Below are positions 51,251 to 64,000 of a stretch of 64,000 nucleotides of DNA, one piece after another. The notes beneath the pieces were generated by a model, which saw only the letters and a program-made list of their open reading frames with translations, did not search any database and had not been told where the DNA came from. How positions within the stretch are numbered: position 1 is the first letter of the stretch; every line of letters begins with the position of its first letter. The position numbers and the translations under genes were made by a program. The DNA lies in the NCBI GenBank assembly GCA_964016885.1, contig OZ024753.1, positions 25,482,001 through 25,546,000 of the forward strand, given 5' to 3'. Source of the DNA: Eledone cirrhosa (taxonomy: Eukaryota).

Positions 51251-51791
51251 GATCTCCGTATCAGTAGAAGGTCAGACGCCATGCTTTGCAGAATAGAGTT
51301 ACGCCCCTTTACGGTCTGGGTTCAAATACCGCCGAGGTTAACTTTGCCTGTCATCCTTACGGGGTCGATAAAATAAAGTACCAGTAACGAACTGAGATAA
51401 TTGCTGGCCTTGTGCCAAAAAGTAGAAACAATTATTTTTTTAATTGTAAATATTGTATGCAAAGAGAATAAAGATGTTTTTTTTAGAGAGGGGGGGCGTT
51501 AGAGAGAAAAGGGCAAATGCGGTAGCGAGTTGCGACAAAAATATCGGGAGAGTAACCTCCCCTATTAAGCAGACTTGACATAATATATATATAAATGAAA
51601 ATAGAGAAATGAATTGTTTCTACGTTAGGCACAAGGCCAGCAAATACTCAGTGTATTACTGGTACTTTATTTTATCGACCCCGTAAGGATGAAAGGCAAA
51701 TTTAACCTCGGCGGGATTTGAAAATAGAGAAATTAATGTGAGCAAGAAGCCAATTAATTCATAATATATAAGTGACTATTACGTCAAGATG

Positions 51792-51852
<61 letters not shown>

Positions 51853-52524
51853 CGCATACATATAAAACAACAAAACAAGGACAAAATAATAAAAAAAGCA
51901 TCATTACATAGTCGGCATTAAGTTGTTTCTATGTGAAATATAACACAAGCGTAACTAATTCTCATTTTCTAATACACGACAACTTAATATTTTTAGTGCT
52001 AAAATATATAAGAAATAAACATGAAGCTATTCTACATTTTATAATATTTTGTCCCGTCTGAAATGATCACCAGGCTATGTGTGGCCTAAATCAGCTTTTA
52101 CTGGACTTTTTGTGAATAATAAATGTGTTTGCCCTACATTAATGTTTAAATAAGCTGACCTCAAACGTCTGTTTATAAATCGGAGATGGGCACTTTTTTA
52201 TTTTATGACAGAGCACGTTAAATTATACCTTGAGAATTATTTCTAGTCACATATCTTCTCTTCTATAATTAAGTGGCTTGGAAAACAGAAGCACAGATCT
52301 AGGTCCTTTCTAGATGTTATATAAACTACGATAAGTCTTAATTATATAACATTTAGTAGTTTTCCTTCGATCGTCCTTGGTTCATAAATGTGGCTGTTTA
52401 TTTTCTAAAAACAAACACCAAGAAAAACAACATAAAGAAAATGTACGAGCTTCGTATGAAGTTTAGTAACATATATTTAATGTTTATTATCACTTAGTAG
52501 TAGTAGTAGTAGTAATAAGAGTAC

Positions 52525-52556
<32 letters not shown>

Positions 52557-52656
52557 GTAATAAGAGTACTGGTGGTAGCAGTAGTAGTAGTTATTATTGT
52601 TGTGGTGATAGTTTTACTTCAGTTGTGTTTCTCAGTTTAGGCCACATGTTGATAAT

Positions 52657-53067
52657 ATGGAACACAAGAGACAGCAATCACAATCAAACAAGATCGAATT
52701 CATTATCGGTGGTTTAGCTACATCAGGTGCAGGAGTTTTTACCAATCCGCTTGAGGTTGTAAAAACCCGCATGCAACTACAAGGTGAATTGAAGGCTAAG
52801 GGTCGCTACACAGTGCACTATCGTCATGTGTTCCATGCTTTTTATACGATTGCCCGAAATGATGGTTTTATTGCATTACAAAATGGCTTAGTACCTGCAC
52901 TATGGTACCAGTTTTTCATGAACGGTGTGCGACTGGGATCTTTTCAAATGTTCGACAACATGGGCTTTACACGAAGCAAGGATGGCCGTATTAGTTTTCC
53001 ACAAAGTGTTGTGGCAGGTGCCCTTGCTGGCTGTATAGGAGCAGCTATTGGTAGTCCCTTCTATATG
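52657..53067 (+). CDS. SLC25A35: Mitochondrial carrier SLC25A35/SLC25A34-like (yeast Oac1 family), first coding exon, 137 codons
   Basis: [18 protein letters not shown] carrier signature, [35 protein letters not shown] then phase-0 donor gtaagt; the next exon was not found in the window. Confidence 0.88.
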
Positions 53068-53869
53068 GTAAGTACACTTTAGAACTTTTCTTTTCATATT
53101 TTTACGCATTACAGGTTTAATTCATACGGTATCAACAAACGATAACAGTCTTTTGAATGCAGTAACAATTTAATGAGGGTAAACTTAGAGAAAATGTGCG
53201 TAATTTAAAGTGAAACCGGTAATAATAATAATATTTGTAAAAATATAAAATGAAATATAAATAAATTTGAAAAAAAATTCAAACTTTTTTATTCCTTTTT
53301 TTTTTAAAACAAAATAATAATAATTTTTATAATGATAAAATAAAATATATTTTTTAGTCTAGCATCCTGGCGTAGTGAAATAAATCGATAAGCTGTTGTT
53401 TTTACTGTTGTGGAGTAGCCAGGCATTTATTTCTCTTCTGTAAACTTTTAAATAAATAATCGTATTTTTAGTTAATTTTCGTAACGAGTTGACGTTTAAA
53501 AGAAAAAAAAAGTTTTATTTTCAATAATCATAAGTTAGGCATTTCTATGTAATAAATGGGTTACCATTTTTAATTACGCCGCTTTTCACTAATTTTATCC
53601 AGCAAGCTGTTGTCCTTAGTCCCTGCACCGACTGCCGATTTCCTCCGCAAATTCAGAAAGGCAGCAGCCCCCGTGAGGTGGAGTGGTTGTTGTAGTGGGT
53701 GTCGCTGGTCTTTCTGTCTGTGGGACATAACCGAATCACTACTCAGACTAAGGGATAGAGTCTGTCCCTCTCTTTCTCCCTTTCGTTCATTGCTTTATTT
53801 TCTTTTTTATTTTTTTTCCTTCTCTGCCTTTTGTTTCATTTAAATATTATTATATTGTCTAACTTCACT

Positions 53870-55005
53870 GTGTTATCTTATGACATATACTTTGGTAAGT
53901 ACAAATATAATATAAAGGAGAGGGAAAACAGAAAAGAAAGAAAAAAACACATCTGAGAGCACATACAACAAAAGGCATGCGGAAGGAGTGGACAACCGAA
54001 CCACTACCAGAGTAAAAAATAACAGTATCGCGAGGAGCACCAGGAAACTCTCTAATGACTTTTGAGCAAGCCAGCACGCACACCTTGGGTGATGGTGAGG
54101 TTGAGGTGCTGGAACAACCAAGCACCCTCGTAAGATTCACCAGTTACCTCTGATAGGCAAGCCTCCAGTGAAGATAGGAATCTTGCAGTCAGTACCCCGA
54201 CTCCCCCAAACGTCTCGAATGCCACAGGCTGGAAAATGTAGTTGGCTGACAGATCACGGTTTTTGTTCCATTCAGCTGCGGAAGCTGTAGCTCTCTCCCT
54301 AACTGCAGTATCCAGGAAGTGGGAAGAAGCAAAAGAGTCACTAACTGTGACGTCCCAGACAAGGCATCTGCCTCTTGACCAGGGGCATTGGGTAAGGCCG
54401 TCAGGTCTTTTCCAATCAATTCTGGACGGCCCAGATGGTTCCAAGATTGAGGGGATGTTTGCCCGGGCCAGAGCTCTCTTGAGAATGAGGTTTAGCTCCG
54501 TGTGACATGCTAAGCGACCATTATTCAGGCAGCAAGAAAAACCGTGGAGTCTAGGAGTTTGCCACACTGACACCTCAAACCCATATAGACATCAGCTCCC
54601 ACTCTGAGGGCAATGGAGACACGAAGTTTGTCCAAGCTGAGTAGGCCACCAATGTTAGCCACAGGTAGGGCATCAACCCAGTCACCTGAGTATTTGGCGC
54701 TGGCAGACAGTAAACGGCACTTTGAAACTGATCTGACTGGACGAAGAGGGAGTCGAAGGTGGCCTTCGAACTTGTGCTGTCCCAAACTCTCTGACTTCGA
54801 CTGTCCTTCACCTTCTCAGGAACAGACAAGCCCAACTCACCCCCTTATGGAATTAGTCCATGTTGGAAGGAGAGGATGTTGCTCACCAGGGTGGAGCAAG
54901 TGTGGGTGGAGGAAGGAAGCAGGGGAGAGAGAGGGACGAACACTTACGAAGACCAAGACCCCAAATCGCTTGGGCAATGCAGCCTGATTGCGAGACTCTG
55001 GAGAG
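53870..55005 (-). mobile_element. CRE-like LINE 3' fragment, in the SLC25A35 intron
   Basis: AALPKRFG, SGDWVDALP, RCQCG, KRPDGLTQCPWSRGRCLVWDVTV, FQPVAFETFGGVG. Confidence 0.88.
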
Positions 55006-55450
55006 AGTTTCACTAGAATTATATTTAAATTCGTACTCTTTCTATACAAGTGTATCTATGTTATTGCTTCAGAATTCTGGCCAGTGCTGGATTTAACTAT
55101 AAAGCTATACCTTAGGGCCCATACACTCCTCAAGGGTGGGGGGTGAGGGGGGTCTCATTAAAAAAATATTTTCCTTTTACCATTAGTTTTTATTCTTTAA
55201 CACTAAATCATCAAAACTTATATATATATATATATATATACCTATTGAGTACGCTGAGATGCAACCAGTCCTAGCAGTGATATCTATACTAGCTCCGTCA
55301 ACTTATTATATTATATATATATATATAACCCATGCTAGCGTGGAAGATAGACGTTAAACGATGATGATGATGATATATATATATATATGTCTCTTTTATT
55401 CTGTCCTATACCATAGGACAGAACAAAGGAGAGACACAAAATAAGAAAGC

Positions 55451-55493
55451 AGTCACTGAGGAGGTCACAGAAAGTGATGAAACAGCTTTGACT
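55451..55493 (+). ncRNA. Hammerhead-like motif (degenerate); related copy at 58774-58816
   Basis: agtca-CTGAGGA-g-gtcac-agaaa-gtgat-GAAA-cagctt-tgact. Confidence 0.5.
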
Positions 55494-56552
55494 ATATAAG
55501 CAACCATCTGGTTATTGAACCAACCAACCGGAAATCTATCTATGTATTACTAAAACTCTGTGATTGCTTGCTTGCTTATCTGTATTGTAATACAGCCAAA
55601 ATGGCGCATAATGGGAAAATACTTTGAAAGGAAGTTGTCCCTGAAATGGGAATACAGATGGAATAGAACAAGTTTCACGTAAATCGAAGCACGGGTTCCC
55701 AAGATATGGGGTCATAAACAGAGAGAGAGATAGTGGTTATGAGAGAGTAGATTGAAAGAGAGACATAGGGAGAGGAGACAGAGAAGGAGAATGGAAGAGA
55801 GAGAGAGAGAGAGAGAGCTGGTGGTGTTGTTGTGTATGTGAGTGTGTGTGCATATATATGTGTGTATGACTATGACCAGTGTATATCGATCACAGGCAGC
55901 CACATATATATATACACATACACATATATATACATATATGTATACACACACACACACATTTATATATATATACATACACACACGTATATATATATACAGG
56001 CCTTCTAGTTTCATTTCACATTATATACATGTCTGTATATTTTAATTATTAAAAAATTATTTCTAAGTGAACGTGACCCAACACCCCACTAGTGATCTAG
56101 TATATAATAAACTCAAGTGAACACCAACTGATGCTTGTGTTTTTATTGACAACATGACTCTACCAAAGTATAACATTATCTGTTTCAACACACGTTTTCA
56201 GATAAGAAATCTTGCAAAACAAATTCAAAATGAAATATATATATATGGGGCACTGCATATATATGTAGTGAAATCCCTTCACATGCTGGCCCTAAATGAC
56301 ATCTAGCTGCCATTTCTCTTTTACCTGTATATATATGCACACAAATATATATATATATATAATTAGTACCCTGACGATTTGGTCGGGTATCGAATGTAAT
56401 TAAAGTCAAGTGATGTAACTTCTAACGATAAGCGACTTTTAGACACACCGGATTAATGAAACAATTGTTAATACTCTAAATAAACTCTATTGTACAGCCG
56501 GCCAGGTTGTTCTTCATTATTTTGCTCTTTCTCTCTCTCTCTATATATATAT

Positions 56553-57330
56553 GTAAGTATGTATGTATACGTACATACATATATGTATACAGACGTACAG
56601 TAGTATGTATATATATACATACATGCACACATATATATATATGCACGTATCAGTTTACCGAACATTTATTATAATGTTCGGTTTGTTTACAAACAAACAA
56701 ACCGAGCATTATAATAGATGTTCAGTAAACCAATACGTGCATATATATGTGTGCATGTGTGTATATATATACATACTACTGTACGTCTGTATACATAGAT
56801 GTATGTACGTATACATACATACATACTTACATTTAAGTAACTGCCGTACTAAGAGTGAGAAATGAAATTTCGTTTCATTCTATTCCATTTATCGTTTTCG
56901 GTGCGCCCAGCCGACTAAACTCACTCGATATGCAAATTAGGCTGCTCAGCCGTTAATATGCATAAGAAAAGTATATACTTTCAGACGTTCAACCATCTGG
57001 CAGGAAGGTATACGATGCTGACGATAGTTAATAAGCTTAAAACTAGTACATCGTTCCTGTGTCAGTGTTGAAGAAAAAGGTGACGGGGTTGCCTAAACAC
57101 TGTACGGCGTAATTCGGGCTGTGTGTTTGTTATACAAACAGGCAGACCGAGCATTATAATAGATTTTCAGTAAACCGATACGTGCATATATATATGTGTG
57201 CATGTATGTATATATATACATACTACTGTACGTCTGTATACATATATGTATGTACGTATACATACATACTTACATTTAAGTAACTGCCGTACTAAGAGTG
57301 AAAAATGAAATTTCGTTTCATTCTATTTTA
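56553..57330 (+). mobile_element. Non-coding Penelope-like mini-element: inverted plus tandem pseudo-LTR copies with a mutated hammerhead
   Basis: 56690-56890 is repeated at 57135-57328 and inverted at 56553-56680; acgatg-CTGACGA...TAAAA-ctag-TA-catcgt at 57012-57054. Confidence 0.55.
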
Positions 57331-57440
57331 TATATATATATCTATATATATATTTTGTTGACAAATATATCAATATGCCTATACATGTAGATATTATTGC
57401 CATTGGTATGACAGTGTGGTTTTAGCTCAATGTAGGATAA

Positions 57441-57488
<48 letters not shown>

Positions 57489-60400
57489 GTAGATATAATT
57501 GTCATGATATGTATACAATTATATATATTAGCTGAGGTACCCAGCTTCACTCAGGAGAATAGTTAAGAGAAGAGGGATAAAAGAGAAAACGACTGTGTTG
57601 GATGTGTTGTCTAGTATGAGGTGAGACCGTAATGTGTCAGTGACACAACAAAAAGCACCTAGTCCACACTGTGAAGTGGTCGTGTAAGAGACACAACAAA
57701 AAGAATCCAGTCTACACTGTAAAATGGTCGTGTAGAAGATACGGTAAAAAGGCTCCCAGTTCACACTGTAAAAGTGGTTGGTGTTAGGAAGGGCATCCAG
57801 CCGTAGAAAAACTTACCAGAGTCACTTCCGTATGAGCGAGACACGGTCTCCTGGCCAATCCCGCATCAAATGGAACAAAACCGTCTAACCCAAGCTAGCG
57901 TGGAAGATGGACGTTAAATGATGATGATATTTAGATCATCATCATCATCATCATCATTTTACGTCCACTTTTCCCTGCTTGCAAGGGTGGGACGGGAACT
58001 GATTCTGGCTTGATTTCTACAGCTGGATGCCCTTCCTAACACCAACCTCATTTACAGTGAGTGCTGGGTGCTTTTTTGCCGTGGTATTGTGACAGTCTTT
58101 TATTTATTTATTTGTTTAACACAAAATAAAGACTGTTCGTTATTTCATCAGAAACAAAAAAGAAATTACATTTTGTTGTTTAACAATTGACAAGGTAAAC
58201 AACAAAATTTAATTTCTTTTTGTTTCTGATGAAATAACGAACAGTCTTTATTTTGTGTATATACACTGCCACAAGTATATAGACATTCTGATTTTTTCTT
58301 TGTGTATATACACTGCTAATGAAATGGAAAGACCCAAATGAGAATACAATTTTTATCACAGTTAACAGCTTCTTTTTCTATTTAAATACATTTATAACAA
58401 TTATATATGTTTTATTAAATTTAGTAGGATCTGTTTTTCTATATTTAAGTACAATTTTCACTGATGCAGGCAGAGTTAGATTTAGACCATGGGAGCCCAC
58501 TTGAGGCTTGGGAGGCCCCTCAAACAAAAAATTAGAACCCCCGCCATCCCCTAAAAAAATGTTTACATATCAAAATTAGCTTGGTGCAAGTAATTGGAAT
58601 TGAAAAGTTATATATTTCTTCAGAAATTCTAACCATCCTAAAACTAAAAAGCCCAGATGAGGGCATGAATAAATTGCTATGGCTGTCAATGGTGGGGCTT
58701 GGGGCAATTGCCCCCTTTGACCCCCTGGATGGTGTAGGACAGAACAAAGGAGAAACACACAAAATAAAAACCTAGTCACTGAGGAGGTCACAGAATGTGT
58801 GACGACAGAGCTTTGATAATATATAAACAACCTTCCGGTTATCAAACCAACCAACCAACAAATTTATAATAAATTGAAGTGAAAACCAACAGGTGCATAT
58901 GTTTTTATTGGTAACATGACCCTCCCAAAGTATAACAATATCTGTTTCAACACAGGTTTTCAGATAAGAAATCTCGCAAAACAAATTCAAAAATGAATAT
59001 ATATATATATATCTAAATATATATATATATGAATATATATATATATAAAGTATTAAAAAAATAATGAATAAAACAATGAAACAGTTCCTTATATTAAACA
59101 AAAAAAGTTCATTATTTAACGATCGTTTCTAGGACATATATGTGTTAGAATTGGCATGCATACTCATCATACAACTCTAATAAATGTTAATAATAAAACT
59201 CCTAATAAACAAGATAAAACACCTAAATCAATAAATCTAACTAAAAATGTGCGTGGTGAGGTCATTAACATTAATCCTCCTAGTAAACATCACGATACAA
59301 CCTATAAAAATAATAAACAACATAGAAACCGTAATAGACGAGTTACTTGGTATAATGCTCCATTTAATTTACAAATTAAGGATAATATTGCTAAAAAATT
59401 TTTTTATATCCTAGAGAAAAACTTCCCGCCAAACCACAAATACCATCAAATCTTAAATAGGTCAACAGTTAAATTCTCATACTCAACAACCAAAAACATA
59501 AAACAAAATATAAGTGCCTATAATGCATATAAATGTAAAAATACCATAAGTATACCACCAATACATCAAACTAACCATAATATCTCCTCAAATACAAAAT
59601 TAACGAAAGGTTGTAACTGTAGAAACAAAGCAAACTGCCCATTAAAAGGAAATTGTCTTGTTAACAACATAGTTTATAAATGTAATGTTAAAACTAAAGA
59701 TTCTATTTGCTCATATATAGGATCTACTTTTAAAATTTTAAGGTAAGGTTTAATACCCACAAACATAGTTTTAAAAATGCCGCACTGGCTAATACAACAT
59801 CTCTAGCAGAAAAAATTAATAGTTATAGAAATAAGAATATAGAATATGATATGACCTGGAGTGTGCTCAAAAGAGCCACCCCTTATCAAAATAATAGAAA
59901 TGAATGTAGATTATGTTCCCAAGAACTATTTGAAATAATGAAATCTAAGGATATCCTATTAAATAAGCGACAGGAATTAATTATATCATGTAATCATAAA
60001 CTGAGAAAAACATTTAAATATTATAAACCTAATTAATAATATATATTTTAGAAATTAATATATAATTTAATTTAAATGTAGTTAACCTATAAATTTAATT
60101 TAATTAAAATTCTACTACAGATGAGATTATAAAATATTGTGTAATCATAAATTGTCAAAAACTTTTAAATATTATTAACATAATTAATATATACTTTGTA
60201 AATTAATTTATAGATTAATTTTAGTTTATTTAACCTTTTAATAAAATTCCTTTACAGATGAAATATAACAAAATATCGTGTAATCAATGACAGAAATATT
60301 TTTTAATATTATAAACCTAATTAATGTACAATTTAGAAATTTATTTATAAATTAATTTTAATTTAGTTAACCTATAATTTTAATTTAATTAGCTTAAAAT

Positions 60401-61059
60401 TAAAATTCTAATACAGATGGATTGCAGAATATCATGTAATCATAAACTGAGATAAATTTTTAAATATATACCTAATTAATATATTCTTTACAATTAAATA
60501 TATATATATATATATATATTAATTTTAATTTTTGTTAACCTATAATTATATTCTACTATAGATAAAATACAAAATCTGCTTTAATTATTATAAACCTAAT
60601 TAACATATACTATAGAAATTAATATATAATTTTTAATTTAGTTAACCTATAATTTATATTCTACTACCGATGAAATACTTGATTTGGTTTTCCCTATTAC
60701 TAAATTCATTTCCTAATATTGATACCATAATGTTAATATTTTTAATTTAGTTATGCTATAATTAATACTCTACTACTGTTTAACTTCAAAATTCCGCATC
60801 AAATATTATAAACCTAAATAGTATACACCTTAGAAATCAATATATTAACTATTTTTAATTTAGTTAACCTATAATTAATAGTCTACTTATATTAAAATGC
60901 ATAATTTTGCCTTCTTTCTTACATTTCTTAATACTGAAACTACTATGTAAACACATATTATGATCTAAATGCAGATTAATATTCTATGTTCCTTGAAACC
61001 TATATTTACTATTTCCCACTAATAATTTTAATCCCCCCCCCCCCTATAATTATTTGTAT

Positions 61060-61392
61060 TTGTAAGCGTGGATGTATGTATGTGTATGTAAGTAGGTATG
61101 TATGTTTGGGTGTTTGTATGTGAGTATAAAAATACATATGTGCGCATGTAAATAAGCGTGTATGATTGTATATATATATATATATGTATGTATGTATATA
61201 TATGTGTATATGTATGTATGTATATATATGTGTATATATATGTCTATATGTATATCTGTGTATGTATATATGTATGTGTGCGTGTGTATGTGTGTATATA
61301 TATTTGTAGAGATGTGTGTATGTATATATATATATATATGTGTGCATAATTGTCTGACTGTGTGTATTTATTTATTTATTTATTTATTTCTT

Positions 61393-61435
<43 letters not shown>

Positions 61436-61486
61436 GTGTATGTATATGTGTGTGTGTGTATATATATTTATGTGTATGTATATATC

Positions 61487-61517
<31 letters not shown>

Positions 61518-61839
61518 GTGTGTATGTATATCTCTTTATTTATGTATGTCTGAGTTGTGTGAGCGTGTGGTTGTATGTGTATATACATACATGGATATGT
61601 GTATGTGTGTGTATATATACGTATGTGTATGTGTGTGTGTGTGTATGTATATGTGTGTGTATGTATATATATATAGGTATGTATGTGTATATGTGTATGT
61701 ACATATGTGTGTGTATATGTATATGTGTGTTGTGAATATATGTATATATATATATATGTGTGTATGTATGTGTGTCTATGTATTTATATATGTATATGTA
61801 TGTGTCTCTATATATATGTGTATGTATATGTATGTATAT

Positions 61840-61871
<32 letters not shown>

Positions 61872-62250
61872 GTATATATATATATGTATATCGATGTGTA
61901 TTTTATATTTTACTTGTTTATATATTTTTTAAAATATATTTCTTTTTATTTCTAAATTTATAGATACATTTTATAAATAGGCAGTTGTCTGACACCCGTA
62001 ATAATTACTGACCCCCTTACCCACTTCTGCATCTAGATGTAAATATATGTGGCAGTGCTTATGTGTGCGCCTTTATGTCCATATAGTTATAATAATAATA
62101 TATACATATGTGTGTGTGTGTGTGGTGTGTGTGTGTATGTTCGTGGGTATGTGTATGTTTATGTGTATATGCGCGTGTGTGTGTGAATGTATGTATATGT
62201 GTGTATATATGAATGTATATATGTTTATATACGTATGTGTATTTTATCTG
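61060..62250. repeat. (TA/TG)-rich compound microsatellite
   Basis: Direct inspection. Confidence 0.95.
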
Positions 62251-62489
62251 TAGATTATAAACATACAGAGACATTAGCCCTGAATTTTTGTATTTACATA
62301 CATTTTTTCAACATGCGTATGCATGTGAACATATATTTTTATGCATATCTGTGAACGAAGTTACTTACATATATACACACACCTAACTGTATTTTCTTGA
62401 TATATTTTTGTGTATTTCATTGGTCAATTTGAACTCTGTTCCCAAACAGACCTGTAATTTTGAATTGTTGTTATTATCAATAAATATAT

Positions 62490-62632
62490 TTCATTATTTC
62501 TGAAGACGGCATATGTATGTGTTGGTATGTATATTGTATTTGATAGTTTGTATAATTTTGTACATAGATCTGTTTAATATGCATGCCAATTCTAACACAT
62601 ATATGTCCTAGAAACGATCATTAAATAATGAA
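62490..62632 (+). ncRNA. Hammerhead ribozyme in the PLE 3' pLTR, with a long stem II
   Basis: 10-bp stem I ttcattattt/aaataatgaa; CTGAAGA; stem II ggcatatgtatgtgttgg/ctaacacatatatgtcc; GAAA-c-gatc-a-TT (the inverted copy keeps c-gatc-g). Confidence 0.7.
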
Positions 62633-62827
62633 CTTTTTTTGTTTAATATAAGGAACTGTTTCATTGTTTTATTCATTATTTTTTTAATACTTTATCTTGA
62701 CTCTGTATTCCGTTTATCTTTCACCGAAGTGATTTTTGAATGCATCTCTTCTTTCCATGATATCCGGATTACATTGAGTTCTTCATACGGATTGGACACT
62801 ACCGTAAACTCTTGGTAGATTTATCTA

Positions 62828-62949
62828 CATATATATATATATATATATATATATGATTATATATATATATATATATATATATGATTATATATATATATAT
62901 ATATATATATGATTATATATATATATATATGATTATATATATATATATA

Positions 62950-62985
<36 letters not shown>

Positions 62986-63346
62986 TATATATATACTTAT
63001 ATACTTATATATATATACTTATATATATATATATATATACTTATATACTTATATATATATATACTTATATACTTATATATATATATATACTTATATATAT
63101 ATATATATATATATACTTATATATATATATATATATATACTTATATACTTATATATATATATACTTATATACTTATATATATATATATATACTTATATAC
63201 TTATATATATATATATATATATACTTATATACTTATATATATATATATATACTTATATACTTATATATATATATATATACTTATATACTTATATATATAT
63301 ATATATACTTATATACTTATATATATATATATATATATATATATAC
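62828..63346. repeat. (TA)n/TATACT microsatellite
   Basis: Direct inspection. Confidence 0.95.
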
Positions 63347-63958
63347 TTGGTCAGGTCACCAGTTGGTGCTACTGGTAACATGTATCCCAGTACAACCTGT
63401 CCCATGGTCGGGTCGTTGGCGACTAAACTGGCAACCCCACCAAGGTTTCTTGGTGAGGAGGGTGACTTTGGACATCCTGCAGGACTAAAAACAAAACCTG
63501 TCAAAGGGCAAAGGAGCTCTTAAGAGTCAATGGCCATCCAAAATCACCGGGAGAGATGACCCCTTAGCCTTTGTCAAGGCAGAATTCTAGGAGAAGGAAA
63601 ACTCTGATATAACACCTGCAACCCTGATGGTATCCAATGATGTTGACTTGTTCTTCTTTTTGGTAAATATCATCTTGGTTAAGAGAGTGGGACTGGCTTT
63701 GTGCAGTGCCTTTGCTCACTATAAAAGCTTCACGGCACAGGCATTGCTTTATATCTGGAGATCTCTCTGCACTTGTCGTCACATGGTACCATGGGCCCAG
63801 CACTATGTGTCAGTAATTGTCACAAGTGTAGTGTTTGTACCAGAGTTTTCAAGTCGCTGGCTGGACTAAAAAGTCACACTCGTTCAGCGCATCGGTAGGG
63901 GTTCTCCTACATGGATATAAAGTAGTGGCCGTACTCGAAAACGAGTTGGCAGCCACCA
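63347..63958 (+). mobile_element. Non-coding interspersed repeat inserted in a TA tract, possibly derived from an RTE 5' UTR; related copy at 45090-45252(-)
   Basis: Both copies share gctactggtaMcatgtaWcccaRtacaacctg...ggcgaYtaaactggc...tgaggagggt. Confidence 0.45.
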
Positions 63959-64000
63959 TATATATACTTATATACTTATATATATATATATATACTTATA

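Larger units (their letters stand above)
59045..62820 (+). mobile_element. 5'-truncated Penelope-like element with GIY-YIG endonuclease, inverted 5' pLTR fragment and 3' pLTR
   Basis: RRVTWYNAPF..ILNRSTVKFSYS..CNCRNKANCPLKGNC..IVYKC..SYIGST, frameshift, FKVRFNTHKHSF..CRLCSQE..LLNKRQELIISCNH; 59045-59162 is the reverse complement of 62578-62695. Confidence 0.85.

Noticed and set aside
53068-53082. ORF-track C-terminus VSTL of the carrier protein
   Set aside because: Read-through into the intron after the gtaagt donor
61009-63523. Tyr/Ile/Val/Cys-rich ORFs
   Set aside because: Translations of TA/TG microsatellites

Overview
Eukaryotic, AT-rich, repeat-dominated DNA. The SINE/RTE/Penelope repertoire and the (CAT)n/(TA)n landscape suggest an octopod cephalopod; this is inference. 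Host genes are sparse. They comprise the first coding exon of an SLC25A35/34-type mitochondrial carrier (+, 52657-53067) and a divergently oriented minus-strand gene seen only as two small phase-compatible exons (24758-24809 and 11447-11503), whose peptide resembles the N-terminus of SIX6OS1/C14orf39. The rest is mostly decayed mobile DNA: two RTE LINE families with partner SINEs, a Russian-doll RTE<CR1<CRE-like insertion (12.4-22.4 kb), many CRE-like restriction-endonuclease LINE 3' fragments, a dead mariner, hAT and piggyBac MITEs, Penelope-like elements with several hammerhead-ribozyme motifs, and a 4.6-kb 39/42-bp minisatellite. The most unusual segment is 46.7-49.8 kb. It is a compact cassette with a Helentron/HINE-like end, an apparently intact three-exon SGNH/GDSL hydrolase gene with 55- and 57-nt introns, a convergent orphan ORF, and a foldback unit with ~220-bp inverted repeats. 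Repeat boundaries were read by eye and are approximate.
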